A stretch of DNA of 64,000 nt from Octopus bimaculoides (Eukaryota), in NCBI RefSeq assembly GCF_001194135.2, contig NC_068986.1, forward strand, positions 81,789,001-81,853,000. The letters are read 5' to 3'. The first letter of the stretch is position 1. Each line of letters begins with the position of its first letter. Position numbers and translations under genes: made by a program. The notes under the pieces are model-generated. The model was not told the origin of the DNA and did not search any database. It saw nothing but the letters and a program-made list of their open reading frames with translations. Positions 1-13,809 of this stretch are shown here, one piece after another.

Positions 1-225
1 AGGTACCATCACGATTTCGCTTGCCCCAACAGGTCTTCGCAAGCTGAGTTTCATGTCCAATGAAGGAGACGATGTTGGCATGGGTGCCAGTTGTCGAATT
101 TAGTTTGATTTCGATTTCACTTGCCTCAATAGGTCTTTGCAAGCGGAGTTTAGTGTCCAATGAAGGAAAGGTACACATAAGTGGACTGGCTACACCCCTG
201 GCAGAGGCCTTGGATTTAGGTCTCA
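1..225 (-). mobile_element. RTE-type LINE 3' region fragment
   Basis: Contains a duplicated ~80-nt unit (cttgc.caa.aggtctt.gcaagc.gagttt..tgtccaatgaagga). Its reverse complement resembles the gaagacc...caagtgaaatc motif in the RTE 3' region at 15.4-15.8 kb. Confidence 0.55.
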
Positions 226-754
226 CTATATATGTATCATATGTAGATGTTTGTACATGACTGAATGATTAAGAAGTTTGCTTCACAATCATCAAATCTC
301 TATTTTAATCTCACTGAATGACAGTTTAGACATGTCTTTCTTTCTCTAGCTTTATTGTGAAATTGAGTTGACAAGAATCGCTGCCTATAATTGAAAAAGT
401 GTAGCATTGTTACACCTTGTGTCACACTGTATCCAACGTAAGGATTACATTAAGAGTACAAAAATCTGTGGAATAATCAGTGACTTCTATGTAAACTATT
501 TATTGGTCAGAGTGGTGGGGGAGGCAATGTTACCCTTGCTGCTCTGGCAAGAAACTCAAAGTTATCGGAATATCAGTACCTCTTATAAATTATACAGATC
601 CTAAAAGATTATCCTTCACTGCTTTTCTCTCCCATCACTCTGGCCATTAAATACTCTCTGTAGAGGTCACTGAATATTCTACAATATCTTGCACCCTTAA
701 TGTAATCTTCAACTGTTATATCTGAAATGTGTTAAATTTTGGTGACCTCACTAC

Positions 755-928
755 TCCAGGTGCCACATAAAAAGCACCCAGTACACTCTGTAAAGTGGTT
801 GGCATGAAGGGGGACATCAAGTTGTAGAAACCATGCCAAAACAGACAGTAAAGCTTGGCAGCTCCTGTCAAACTGTCCAACCAATGACAGCATGGAAAAT
901 GGTCGGATGATGATGACAATGACGACAT
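755..928 (+). mobile_element. RTE-derived short element (3' tail ending in GAT repeats)
   Basis: aaaagcaccc...gtggttggca...gtccaacc...gcatggaaaa...gatgatgatgac, shared with many copies in the window. Confidence 0.75.
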
Positions 929-1190
929 ATTAGTAGAAAATAGAATTATTGTCAAAGTTTGGTGCCACAAGGCAACATGCTGTAATTTTTTGTCTGATCA
1001 TCTTATACTTTCATTGTAGAAATTGATGGAATGCTATTGACGTACTTTGTAAGTCATCAGATGTGTGTGTATGTGTTCATACATACAAACTGATGTGTAT
1101 ATATGTGTTTATGTATATACATATATGCGTGTGTGTAATGTGTAAGAGGAGCACAGCCATTAATGTGTTGATGTTTTTTTCTGATTTCAG

Positions 1191-1355
1191 GAGCAGGCCA
1201 AAGTTAAGAGTAAATCTTCTACTCCCCCCAGTGATGACCGGGATGATGAAGTGTCACCCACTCCCCCTCACCACACTATACCAAAGCGAACCAGGAGAGG
1301 GGGAGTCAGTGCTGAAGTATACAAGGAAGAAGATGCTGCTTTGTATGTTAAGAAG
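1191..1355 (+). CDS. Pka-R1: PKA regulatory subunit type I, internal exon A (linker and inhibitor site), phase 0-0
   Basis: ttcag|GAG...AAG|gtaag. Translates [65 protein letters not shown] is the type I pseudosubstrate motif (RI-beta [12 protein letters not shown]-alpha RRGAISAEVY). Confidence 0.97.
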
Positions 1356-2193
1356 GTAAGTGTGTGTTGATTGTTACTACACAGGGAGGGTTGATTGTTG
1401 GCCTATGGTGATCTAGTAGTGGTGAGGAGACTCGTCATAGTTGTAGTAGCATCGTTTAGTACCAACATGCACAAATATATGTACACACACACACACTACA
1501 CTTCACTATTGCCTAATTGTAAAAATTTGTGCTAACCTCATATGTGCCTCTATACATATATAGCATGGTTCACATAAGAAAAATCTCTGAGAAAATCTTG
1601 AGTTTCCTTCTTGTTCTTCGCCATAAAATACTTACTGCATGAACATATGTTTGACGGATTTGAACACAGCTAAGTGAACTGTGTCAGTGATGGAAGAAAT
1701 TGTTGACTTTTTGACCAGTGAGTTTGAGAATTTTTATCATTTTTGTTTTTCCAAGTTAGCATGGTTTAGGAACAATTTACAATGCTAGCTTTACACACAC
1801 CTCAGTTATTATTCCTCTGCATACACACACCCTTATTCCAGCCAAGTCATTTCCAGCAACAGTTTTACTTGATGTTTCAACTGTGGTCTTATGACTGCTC
1901 TCCTTTCTATTACAAGCTAAACCTAAAGACAGCTATTATCTATTGTTAGTGCTAACATATTTAATGTAGTGTACATCAAAAATCCAATGAGAAATTGTGG
2001 TGAGAAAAAGATAACATTATAGCTCAATAACTAACATTATTTCAAACATTTTAGCAAGTATGTGAAACAACTCCAGATTTGTTTCAGTTTTATTAAACCT
2101 CTGCAGAGCATACTCTTCACTGACTTGCCAAAATAGTAATGCTTGAATTATGAAGTAGATGTACTATTAAATACACTTATAAGCTAGAATTAA

Positions 2194-2859
2194 CGGATCT
2201 TGTTCAAAACGGGGGCACCAGTATTTTCTTAACGAAACACTTTGAAACTTGGGACACTGGTAGAATGTGTCATATAAAACATCTTTTCCTCTTAGTCTTC
2301 TTAACAAAAAAACGTACATCGCAAGTTATTTCATGTTAAAGTTGTCGTATTTCTGTAATTTCAACCAATGACTGACGTCCATTCAGCCGATATATATTAA
2401 GTGCTGACTACGTAAACAAACGATTCACGGCGGTGATAAAATTATTATTTCCTTGTCAAAAAATGGCTGAAGCATATTGGCAGTAGCTAATAAACCTTTC
2501 TATTATAGGCACAAGGCATGGTTTTTGAGGGAAGGAGCAAGTCAATTAGGCTTAGGGTTAGGGAAAACGAACACACGTGTGTTGCCTCTGCAAAATGTCA
2601 GAAGTAATGGAGATTAAATACGCTTTACACCGCTTAAAGTGCCAAAGGAGTAAGTGTAAACAGCTGAATACTTGTCAGTGATTGGTTGAAATTATCGAAA
2701 TAAGACAATTTTTTACATGAAATAAATCCGAATACAAAAATTTTTTTCTGTTCTATAACGCAAAATAGATAAGTATACGAAGTTTGAAAGTCTTTCCGTA
2801 CCAAAAACACTACATAAAACATAAATGAAAACTGGTGCCCCCGTTTTGAACAAGATCCG
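2194..2859. mobile_element. Non-autonomous DNA transposon (MITE), 666 bp
   Basis: Perfect 29-bp TIRs, cggatcttgttcaaaacgggggcaccagt (2194-2222) and its reverse complement (2831-2859), with AATTAA repeated on both flanks. No ORF. Confidence 0.9.
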
Positions 2860-4476
2860 AATTAACATATAACCATACAGAGTTAATGCTAACATATATA
2901 ATGCTGACAGCATTACATAGCTACCTAGAAATCAATGTGTAGACAAGAAAACTTAATCTATGAATAATATTTATTTTGGTCAATAAAATATTGAGATCGC
3001 TGTACTTCGAGAAATGGCATAATCTATATTGCCTCCCGTAAACAAAGTTGCAATGACCAAACATAGTTATTCTATCTTGCAGTCTCTGTTCACGGTAAAA
3101 TTGTTGTATGTGTACGGCCTCTGTTGTATGAGATAGTTACTGTTACATCTACTAACATTGTCGTACATATGTGTATGGCCAGTAGTGTATTTCATAACTA
3201 TTTGTTGCCTCTGTCTACTGACAATGTTTGTAAGTGTAGCTGTAGTTATTGTCCATTGGCAATCTCTTAATGTATTTACTATTTCATTACTAAATGGATG
3301 GCTAACTCTCACATTTTCATTGAATCTGTTACTACCACCACCACCACCACCACTGCTGCTGCTGCTACTTCCAACCTGAACAAACTACATGACAGCCATC
3401 ACCACTGTCACGGACAAGCACCACTACCCACATAATGGAAAACCTACAATAATCATAATCAATAAGCATACCATCCACTACCACCACCACCACCATTGTC
3501 ACCATTACTTTGGGTTTCTTTCTCTTTTCTCCCTTTCTTTGTTTTCCTTGTTTTATTTTTTTCTCATTTTCTATTCCCACTTCTATCTCTGACGCAAGTC
3601 TCCATGTGATACCAATATTTGAACCACAATCCCTGTTGTTCTGGTTGATCTCCAAAAACATTAATCTCTCCGCTAAATTAATTAAATAAAATACAAATTC
3701 TCATTAATGTATGTCTTAATTTTCCCTCTCCCATTTACTTCAGCTCAATAGGAAATAACTTAGTTTTAGTCTCTCCTACACCACCCATCTCTCATCTTAC
3801 TTCATTTCTCCACGTCATCAATTTGACTAAATGTTATCAGCAAGCTTCTGGTTTGAATATCATTACCTCAATTTTCTATCTCACACTGTTACTGTTTCAC
3901 AAAGTTCTGTAAGCAATAAGCTGCACTGTTTGTAACTAATCAGATAATTGCACGGATAAACTATCCATCTCTCCTGATAGTTGTCTCCTCATCATTTATT
4001 AATGGATCGGTTTTCCAAGGCATTTAACGGCTGATAAACTTACAATGACAATGGTAATAGTGAAGTTACACTCAACTCATGTTACGCTTATCTGTTGTTG
4101 TTTGCTAATTAGAAAACATCCCACGGCTTTCATAGATTGGAAGCAGAAGTTTGGAGTTTTAAAAAGTATCCTTGCTATTACTGCTATTTAAAAAAAAATT
4201 AAGTATATAAATATTCTTTTATTTTTATGAATTTGTGTTGCAAGATTCCTGATGTTAAGTTGTGTATTGAAACAGATGTATTTTGGGATGGTCATTTTTT
4301 TCTTTTTTTTTTTTTTTGTTGCCAAATAAACACATGCACTATATATTTGTTCTTCAATCATTTATTCCTGTTCTTATTCTAACTCATGTCCATTGTCCAG
4401 ATAATGGATATGAGTTAAAATAAGAACAGTAACAAGCGAGTGAAGAACAAATATATAGTGTGTGAGTGTTTATTTG

Positions 4477-4510
<34 letters not shown>

Positions 4511-4549
4511 GATCATCCCAAAATACAGCAATGTTCTTTTACTTGTTTC

Positions 4550-4910
4550 AGTCATTAGATTGTTGCTATGTTGGGACATCATCTTGAAAAATTTTAGTTG
4601 AACAAATTGACCTCAGTACATTTTTTTTAAAAGTCTGGTACTTATTCTTTCGATCTCTTTTGCCGAACTGCTAATTCATGTTAAACTGGTTATCAAGCGG
4701 TGGTGGGGAACAAACACAGGTGCGCACACACACACACACACACATACACATACAACAGGCTTCTTTCAGTTTCCACCCACCAAATCCACTCACAAGGCTT
4801 TGGCCAGCCTGAAGCTATAGTAGAAGACACTTGTCCAAGGTGCCACACAGTGGAACTGAACCTAGAACGATGTGATTGGGAAGCAAGCTTCTTACCACAC
4901 AGTCACACAT
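4550..4910 (-). mobile_element. Composite of two SINE-like elements separated by (CA)n
   Basis: 4751-4910 is the reverse complement of the tRNA-headed SINE seen at 18215. 4550-4730 is a second repeat also seen near 18480-18650 and 45440-45530. Confidence 0.7.
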
Positions 4911-7900
4911 GTACTTATATATTTATCTATGAACTAAAGTGTAAAATTTTTATTATGAAAACAATTTAAAAAATGATAAATTAAATTGATTGGAACTATC
5001 AGTGAAGTCATTCNNNNNNNNNNNNNNNNNNNNNNNNNNNNNNNNNNNNNNNNNNNNNNNNNNNNNNNNNNNNNNNNNNNNNNNNNNNNNNNNNNNNNNN
5101 NNNNNNNNNNNNNNNNNNNNNNNNNNNNNNNNNNNNNNNNNNNNNNNNNNNNNNNNNNNNNNNNNNNNNNNNNNNNNNNNNNNNNNNNNNNNNNNNNNNN
5201 NNNNNNNNNNNNNNNNNNNNNNNNNNNNNNNNNNNNNNNNNNNNNNNNNNNNNNNNNNNNNNNNNNNNNNNNNNNNNNNNNNNNNNNNNNNNNNNNNNNN
5301 NNNNNNNNNNNNNNNTATATATATATATATATATATGATGTGTTGGTGTATCTAATGTAACAATTTAATAGTGTGTAGTGAGTGAGTGCAGTTTTGTGGG
5401 ATGTAAGCGATGAATATAGACTAATGGCAATCCAAGCAAATAAATGAATTTGTGAACAGACAAATGAATTACTAAATGATGAAATACAATAATATAAATG
5501 TCAGTGTGAAGCCTTGTTTCTGTAAATTGATTTGTGTTCTTGTGGATAAATATTGAGTTGAGAAGACTATGTATTTCCATGTATCTCTCTTCTGCAATTT
5601 ATAGTTAGTTTCTTCTTCCTGTTGAAGCATGTGCTTAAGCAATCTGGAGCTTTACAGCATCTCGTTGTCTTATCAAAATCTATATGTTGTAATATTACAT
5701 TAGGCAGTGTCAGCTGTTCAGAGAGAAACTTTACAATGTTCATCTACAAAAGACATTAAATGAGAAATCATAGGGATTAATTAAACACTATTTAATGACT
5801 AATACTCCAACCTATTAAAAACCAATCTGTAAAACATATCTTGAGACTCTCACCACCAAATATACAATGCATAGATCACCTGGTAAAGACAAATTACTAT
5901 GGCTGCTACATTGAGTATATGGTAAATATGAAATAGAGTTGTTTAAACAGCTCAGAAAATTCGCATCAAGCATGTGGGGAAATATTTTTAAAGCCAGAAC
6001 AGGTCCTGTTTCTGTGAACTCCTTAACTTTGGTTTTACTTCATCAACTTCAATGAAAGTCAGAAATAATTGAATGATATTACTTCACAAGGACAAATACT
6101 GGTTGATAGCACAGAAAGAGTGCTGGTATTGTATACTGGATAGAAATAAATTCAATATTATCACTCATATGGAGACATCTTGATGGGGGTAGGCAGAGAA
6201 AGTGAGATAGATAGATAGCAAGAGAGAGAGAGAATAGAGTGTTGGTAGAATATGCATTAAACTTTTGCTACACAGGTGTTGTGATGTTGTGAACAGTTGA
6301 GAGGGAATGTGGAGAGAGTGTGATTGAGATGAGTGTTTCAAAGGGGAAGTGGGCAGTGAACAGATGCTTAGCTGTAAATATTCGGTAAAGAACTTGTGTG
6401 CGTGTGTGTGTGTGCATGTGCATACGTGTGTGTTGAAATACTGAAATATTGTTGAACAATGAAAGAAGAATAAAAAAAGACTAATATGTTAGATATTTCA
6501 GGTAAATAATGACAGAGGTGGAGGCTGCTAATTTCATTGAATAAAGTAGATTCTATGAATCTTATGCATTTATATAGGGGAAAGAAAGATTTTATTTCTA
6601 AGTATCAATAAATCTTCATCGACTTGTCATCACTGTGTAAAACTGAACAATTTATTGGATATCACAAAAGTATATCAAATTTATAATACATCTGAATAGA
6701 TTTTCTTCAAAGACCGTCTCCATAACCCATTTTCATTTAGAAATTCTTCAGTTTCATTAGTAAACTGCTTTCATATGTAAAAATAGAATTCTATTTGCAA
6801 TGTCAATGGAGTTTTGCCCTCTTCTGTCAACAAAGCACAAAAGATAAAACTATTGAAGAGAACAGGTTTTTCTGATAATGTTAAAATTAAATTAAACATC
6901 TTTTCACTTAATTTTCGAAAGCTTAGCATGAGTTAGTTGTTTAATTTTGTTTAGTTCGGAAATATTTGATAAAATTAGATTAGAAACTTGAGTTGGTGAT
7001 GTCAAAAACACAATGCAGCTTTGCTGACACAAACTTATATATGTACATTTTCATGCATGCATACAGATATGCATGAATGCACACATTTGCTCTCACAGAT
7101 TTTATAGTCTGCTTTTAGAAATGCATGCATCTATACATTCATTCATAGATAAATCTATCTTAGAATTTAGAAAGAGAATCGTTGTGCAAATGATGTCAAA
7201 TAATAAAACACCTTTTTTTTTCACAATTTTTTTTTTTTATGGTCTTGCCATTAAACAGGTGGCATTGATTCATTCCATAATTCTCTTGTTCATATCTGTT
7301 TCTATGTAACAATGTGGATGGGTCTCCAACACAGTGCATTGTTAATCCTCCTAGAGCTTGTGTCATCCTATTTGTGATCTAATCATGCATCGTACCCTTG
7401 GTTATCTTCATCTAATGGTTGCTGTTCATAGCTGTGTCACTCAATAACAGATGTTCATAATAATGAATAGTGTCATTTGCAGACTAATGTTTTAACCACT
7501 CTCTCAACAACCCTTAAATCAAATTAACATTGTATATATCACTTCTCTCTAACCTTCACAACTATTCATCATGCACTCTGCTATTTATATGGAGGAGAGA
7601 GAGAAACCTTGTATTATCAACAAAAGTAACTATTTACCTAACTTCTACCTGTTTCTTATAGTTTACTATACTTTCATTGCAATCACCTTAGGTTGCCTAA
7701 GTAATAAAAGCCATCTTTTACCTCCTGTGAGTCACTCAAACAGTTCATTGACTATATTTTATTGGTGTCTTTATTGATCCCTACTGTACATCTATGCCGA
7801 AGATCTCACAATATCTAGAGAGAACTAAATACCCAGTATTGAGTACTTATCTATTTGATACTTATATATTAAATAAGAATATGGCAGACAATAGACACAT

Positions 7901-8049
7901 TCACTTTATGTATACATGTATATAAAGTGAGTGAATCTGTTAATTATCTGCTTATTAGCATGAATTAGCATAGAAGGGGTGGAGTATTCCACTCAAGCAC
8001 GAACCCTTTATGTACTCTTCAAAAAGAATCAGTGTGACACAATTTGGGA

Positions 8050-8205
8050 CAAGGCTATCCCTATAGCCCATCCAATGGGCTTCATCGCAGTTTCCATTTA
8101 TCCAATTTCACTATACCCAAGATGTGATGTAGTGCAATTGAACCTGGAACCTCATGATTTTGAAGCGGATTTCTTCACCATTACACCATACACACATATA
8201 TTAAT
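8050..8205 (-). mobile_element. tRNA-headed SINE family 1, diverged copy
   Basis: cccaagatgtgatgtagtgcaattgaacctggaacc...cttcaccattacacc matches the reverse complement of the family head. Confidence 0.55.
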
Positions 8206-9279
8206 CAGTACTGCCAGCTTCGCAGACTACCTTACTACCTCCATTCTCACCATGTACTACTACCACCTTCACCATCACCATACACATATTACATCTCGAT
8301 TTAGCAGGCCGGTTGTTTTGATTTTGTCACCTTCTTCTTCATCGAGATTATAAGGCAACATGTTAATTGTAGTGGTTGTAGTGGTGTTGGTGAATTTGGT
8401 AGTATTGTTGTGAAAGTAGGAACGATGGAAGTGGTGGTGGTGGTTATGTTAAAGATAAAAGTACATGTGGTTGGGCTTGAAACTACAGGCCTGTGAGTGA
8501 AATACAATACCTGTTCACATTAAGTTTAGACCTTATGAGAAATAATATATCAGTAGTGTTTGCATGTGTGTATGTGTGCATGCATGTGGGTGTACACATG
8601 TGCATGTGTGTATACATACACACACACACATGCACAGGCATAAACACAGACACACACACACACACACAGAAATATACACAAATAGCTATTTCATTTACAG
8701 GAAAGTGCTTATGTTACATTTTAAGAAAGCTCTTTCAAAAAAATTTTTTTTTTAGTTGACAAAAATTTAAAAATTCAAGAGTATTTTTGATTTTCTTGTT
8801 TGTTGCTCAGTTAAATATCAAAAACATTGAAAATAAAAAGCTGACATTCAAATTGAAAAATGTGAACTGCAGTATGTTAATATAATACTGCATTAATATA
8901 CATATTCAGTAAACTGTATTTATTTGGGTTTTTTTAAAGTGGAAATGAATGTCATATAGACTGTGATATTTCCATTGGTCCAATTAGTTATTATCCATTA
9001 TTGTAAACAATTTTATAAAAAATTAATATGAAATTTGTTGGCTTGAATGTTTGTTTCTAGGATTTGTTGCAATTTATTTTACTACCAATTATTTATGGTA
9101 TTCTAATGAAAATGAAATTGAATCAGCATTGAAAATTTAGTTGCTGGAAAGAAAGTTCCAGTTAAAGGAACACTGCTGTGTACAGCCTCAGAGATTGATA
9201 AAGTAAGGATAAGATGTTTGAAGCTAATTTTAATAACAATAACTGTGTAATAGCATTATCCATTACTATCATAATCATC

Positions 9280-9700
9280 TTCTTCATTGTTTTATTGTCT
9301 ACATTTCCATGTTTGCATGGGTCAGGTGGAACTTGTTGAGGCATATTTCCTGTGGCTGGATGCTATTTCTGTCACCAACCTTTAACTGTTTCCATGTAAG
9401 GTAATATTTCTCCTTGACCAGATATGTTTCTATGGGAGACTGAAAGTGAATGACACCACTTGAACAATAGCGATACTTGCTTACACCTAACTCCTGATGT
9501 CAAAGCAAAAAAAACTCAGATACATGCACACATACATATGTACAACCAGCTTCTTTTATCTTCCATCTAACAAATCCACTCACAAGACTTTGGTTGGTTT
9601 GGGTCCCTTGTAGAAGACATTTGCCCAAGATACCATGCAGTGGGACTAAGCACAAAAGTATGCAGTTGGGAAGTGAAATACTTAACCACATTGCCACACC
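9280..9700 (-). mobile_element. RTE-tail element plus SINE family 1 copy
   Basis: ttccatgtttgcatgggtcag (tail, minus strand) followed by aaatccactcacaag...gtgggactaa...cttaaccac (SINE, minus strand). Confidence 0.7.
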
Positions 9701-9723
9701 TGAATATAATAAATAGTTTCGTG

Positions 9724-9784
<61 letters not shown>

Positions 9785-10682
9785 ATGAACTGAGTATGCA
9801 TTTAATATATTAAGTATATTGGTAGGAAACTGCAGGCTCTTGAGTTGCTGTAGCTCTTCAGCTACTCTGCTGTATCTATTGAGTTTTATTTTACCAGTTT
9901 GTAAAAGCAATTTTGTGTTTGTGTGTGAAGGCCTACAGTAAATCATTTATGTGATAACAGATAACTATACCTGACTGAGCCAGTAATGCAGTTGCATCTT
10001 ATACACTCGGTTGTATGGCAAAACAGTCAATATGGGGAAGTAGATGCTCTCATTTGTCTTAACAGGTGATACTGAATGAATAAACTGAGATAACTTTAAG
10101 AGGAAAGAACTCTTTAGTTTTGTCAAGATCAAGCCATCTTCTCTATTACTGGTATTATGATATAATGTACCAAGTGCATTCTGCAAAGTGGTTGGTGATA
10201 GGAAGGGCATTTAACTATAGAAACCATGCTAAAAATGGAAAGTATGTGTGAAGCATGGTCTCTGACCCATCAAGGAGAGCAGTCACTTCAAATTTTGAAT
10301 GAAGATTGATTTGGTTTGTGACTTCTTGTCCAATCCATGCCAGCAAGGGCAAATGGTGCCTGAGCTGATAGTGGTGGTGATAATGATCGTAATGACTGTC
10401 ATTTTTTCTAAGGTCAATCCTAATAGAGTTGACCTATGATTAAGACCAATCATGACCATCCTGTCTTTCACTCTGACACAACAGTATAGGACGTTTTATC
10501 CAATACTGCTTATTTTTGAAAGCATAGTGTGATTTCCAGGATATCTGGCTGCTATTTCAGTTTGAGCGACCTTAAAGAGGTTCTCTTTCATTGGTTTGAG
10601 ACTATAGTGATGATATGTCAGTGATCGTGGATAATGTGATAATACCTTCTGGCACATCATGATTAGTTGAGTAACTATTGTA

Positions 10683-10732
<50 letters not shown>

Positions 10733-11277
10733 CACAAGTTCACACATCAAGTTTGTTTTGTTTCTCTTATCTATGACCAACAATATCTTCAGTAGTCATT
10801 TGTTGTGAAAGTGTGTAGAATCCATCAGTTATGTGAAATTTAGATCTATATATTGTTTCATTATCTGATGTAACCCGTTCTTCCCCAAACAGACATTCAG
10901 TGAAAGAGAGACAGACAGACAGAGAGGGTGGTAGGCATAGATTGTATGTATGTGTGTGTTTGTATATATGTTTATGTAAATAAAGTTGCTGTATTATTGT
11001 AGTGAGTTTGTCCGTTGAGGAAGAATTGCCTTTGGAGAAACACATGAAATGTATTTGTACTTGAACATTTGAGTAGTTTTAGATTATTGATGTAGATGTG
11101 TAGTGTTGATATGAATTGAAGTGACAGCTTCAATAAATAGCAACGCCTGTTGACATTCTCATCAATAGAAAATCAATCATCTGGGAATCTGCTTTTATTA
11201 TTTATTTATTTATCTAGAAGAAGTGGAGAACATTGCCGAGTTGATTTAAATAATTGTTTTCTCTCGAAAGAGCATTT

Positions 11278-11308
<31 letters not shown>

Positions 11309-12477
11309 CTCAATCATACACACACACACACATGGTAGTTTCATATCACTAGTATAAACAATTAAGAGAATACACAATACTCCATACAATGAATACATAT
11401 ATTTGAAGCTGAGAAATTCCATGTAATTTACATAATACTCTTAATTTCTAATTGAAGATTGCTCACAGCAAGTAGTAAGCTGTGTCACACCATACCAAAG
11501 TTTTCAGACACACACATAAATATGTACATATATATAAATACACACATATCTATAGACATGCTTTCCACTCACACATATACATGCATACATATATAGGCAT
11601 GGTATAACAAACTGGATAAGCAGAACTCAATATATAAATACATAATTATATATACTTTTTATTACCTTTAATAAATAGAAAGTCACAAAAATGACTCAAG
11701 GGCTAGGAGCTTAGTACATGGCACTTATTAAGCGTTGATAAGTGCCACATGTGCCCCCCCCCACACACACATACACACGCGTGCGTGCACACACACACAC
11801 ACACACAGATAGATAGATAGACATAACAAAACAGGAAAATGGAAATTTTTGGTATTATTATTCTCCACTATGTGTTTCATTTGCTAATAGGAATTACAAA
11901 GACTTATGTTATATATACATGTAAGAAATTTCCTACTAGAAATTCATCAGACAGAAAAAAAAAAACAAAAAAAAAACTACATAATACAAGAATACCCTTG
12001 GTGTATGTATTTATATGCATATTGATTGCAATAATGGAATAAGTAGATGTGCTTGAAGAGAAAGCATCTGAAATTTATCCTAGCTACCCATACGATATAA
12101 TGTAAATAGATAAATATAGATTAAGGATCAATTAAGATTTGGGCATGCCAAAGTAAAGCACTCCATATTAATGGCTATACAGTAATACACAAATCAACAG
12201 ATAAACAACCCAGGAAGTCCACTGATGTTTGATAATCTACTACCCCAAGAGTCTCCAATGCTGAAGAGAGCTTCAGCATGATGTGATTTAACAATAAAAA
12301 CAAGCAAATGAATTAAGTGGTATCACTACATTCTTTTCATTGAGAGATTTTATTGCATTGTAACACTATACAGACTGGTATGTATGAAATGCAGCATCTA
12401 TAAGATTCTGCAAAACCCAACAGAAAACCTGTCAAATCATCAGGTTCTTTGTTTGATGTTACAATGCCATAAAATCA

Positions 12478-12780
12478 TCACCATCATCATTGTTTAAAGT
12501 CCGTTTTCCATGCTGGCATGGGTTGGATGGTTTGACTGGGGACTGGCAAGTCAGGGGATCGCACAAGGTTCCAATCTGATCTGGCAATGTTTCTAAAGCT
12601 GGGTGCCCTTCCTAACGCCAACCACTCCAAGAGTGTAGTGGGTGCTTTTCAGATGCCACCGGCAGGGGATCCAGTCAGGCGGCACTAGCATCAGCCACGT
12701 TTGGCTGGTGCTTTTTACATAATACCGGCACAGGAGCCAGTAGGGATGGGGGGCTGGCATCGACCACATTCTCTTAATGA
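12478..12780 (-). mobile_element. RTE-derived short element
   Basis: catcatcattgtttaaagtccgttttccatgctggcatgggttgga...cttcctaacgccaaccactcc...gggtgctttt. Confidence 0.85.
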
Positions 12781-12855
12781 AACGATTGTTGCAATACCAT
12801 ACATCTGTTAGTTTGTTCATATACATATGTATGTGTGTGTATGTATATATATATA

Positions 12856-12994
12856 TAGAACAAGTAGAAAGATAAATTTTATTCAACGCGTAGATACTGA
12901 ACAGTATATATATATAAAGGATAAAACCCTTTTTTAAAAGCAGAAAAATTTGTCGGCAGCCAGCTGAATAAAATTTATCTTTCTACTTGTTCTA
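12856..12994. repeat. Perfect 30-bp inverted repeat with 79-nt spacer
   Basis: tagaacaagtagaaagataaattttattca (12856-12885) and tgaataaaatttatctttctacttgttcta (12965-12994). Confidence 0.92.
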
Positions 12995-13485
12995 CAATAC
13001 ATTTCAGCGCTTTGAAAACAAACTTATTTGTTTATANNNNNNNNNNNNNNNGAGTGGGGTTTACACTGTGGTGTGTGTGTTATGAAAACTAATCATAGAA
13101 TGAGAATATATTTATAACTACTGAATCAGTAGATTGTGTATAAGTCAAAGTCAACCAGTTGTGTTTTTTAAACCCTCCATACTGTTAATTAGATGATGTC
13201 GATCATGTTTATCTGGCCCTGCCATCAGTCCCATTCCTATTGCTGAGTGGCCATGATAGTATGGGAACTGTTACACTTACAAGAAGTGTGTATTATATAC
13301 AAAATTGTGTGAATTCAGTTACAGCCTAACATTGTGCAGAAATACAACACCAGATGTTTTGTGTGTGAACACATACACATACGCATTCATGCATACACAT
13401 ATACACATACATTTATGGATTTATATATACTTGTGTGTGTGTGTGTGTATGTATACACATATGCATATATACATACAAATATATA

Positions 13486-13570
13486 CAAGGAAGTGCTGAA
13501 AAGTTCCTGGCTTTGGGTAAAAGAAAATACAGGGGGATCAGTTAATTATGATTTTATTCAACGTATTTAT
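13486..13570 (+). mobile_element. Tc1/mariner-like terminal fragment
   Basis: Starts after TA with caaggaagtgctgaaaagttcctggcttt, a mariner-like terminus by recall; truncated where the RT fragment begins. Confidence 0.5.
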
Positions 13571-13574
13571 TCAA

Positions 13575-13785
13575 CTAATTAGGAAGAGAGTTAATTTAGA
13601 CGAGATGCAGTTTGGATTTGTGCCAGGAAGAAGCACTACTGATGCTATATTTCTGGTAAGACTGCCACAGGAGAAATTCCTAACCAAAGATAAACCTCTG
13701 TACTTGACTTTTATTGACATAGAGAAAGTCTTTGACAGGGTCCCCCAATCCCTTATCTGGTGATCAATGTGGAAACTAGATGTTA
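13575..13785 (+). mobile_element. RTE-clade LINE reverse transcriptase fragment
   Basis: IRKRVNLDEMQFGFVPGRSTTDAIFLVRLPQEKFLTKDKPLYLTFIDIEKVFDRVP carries the QFGF.PGRSTTDAIF and F.D.EKAFDRVP RT motifs. Confidence 0.9.
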
Positions 13786-13809
13786 GCCCTGTTTTAGTGT
13801 GTCTATAGG

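Noticed and set aside
1063-1359. 98-aa ORF overlapping exon A (and 84-aa ORF 32306-32560 overlapping exon B)
   Set aside because: These are off-frame readings; the true frame is fixed by splice sites and PKA RI homology.
2546-2563. TTAGGC-TTAGGG-TTAGGG telomere-like hexamers
   Set aside because: Only two perfect units inside a MITE; compatible with chance.
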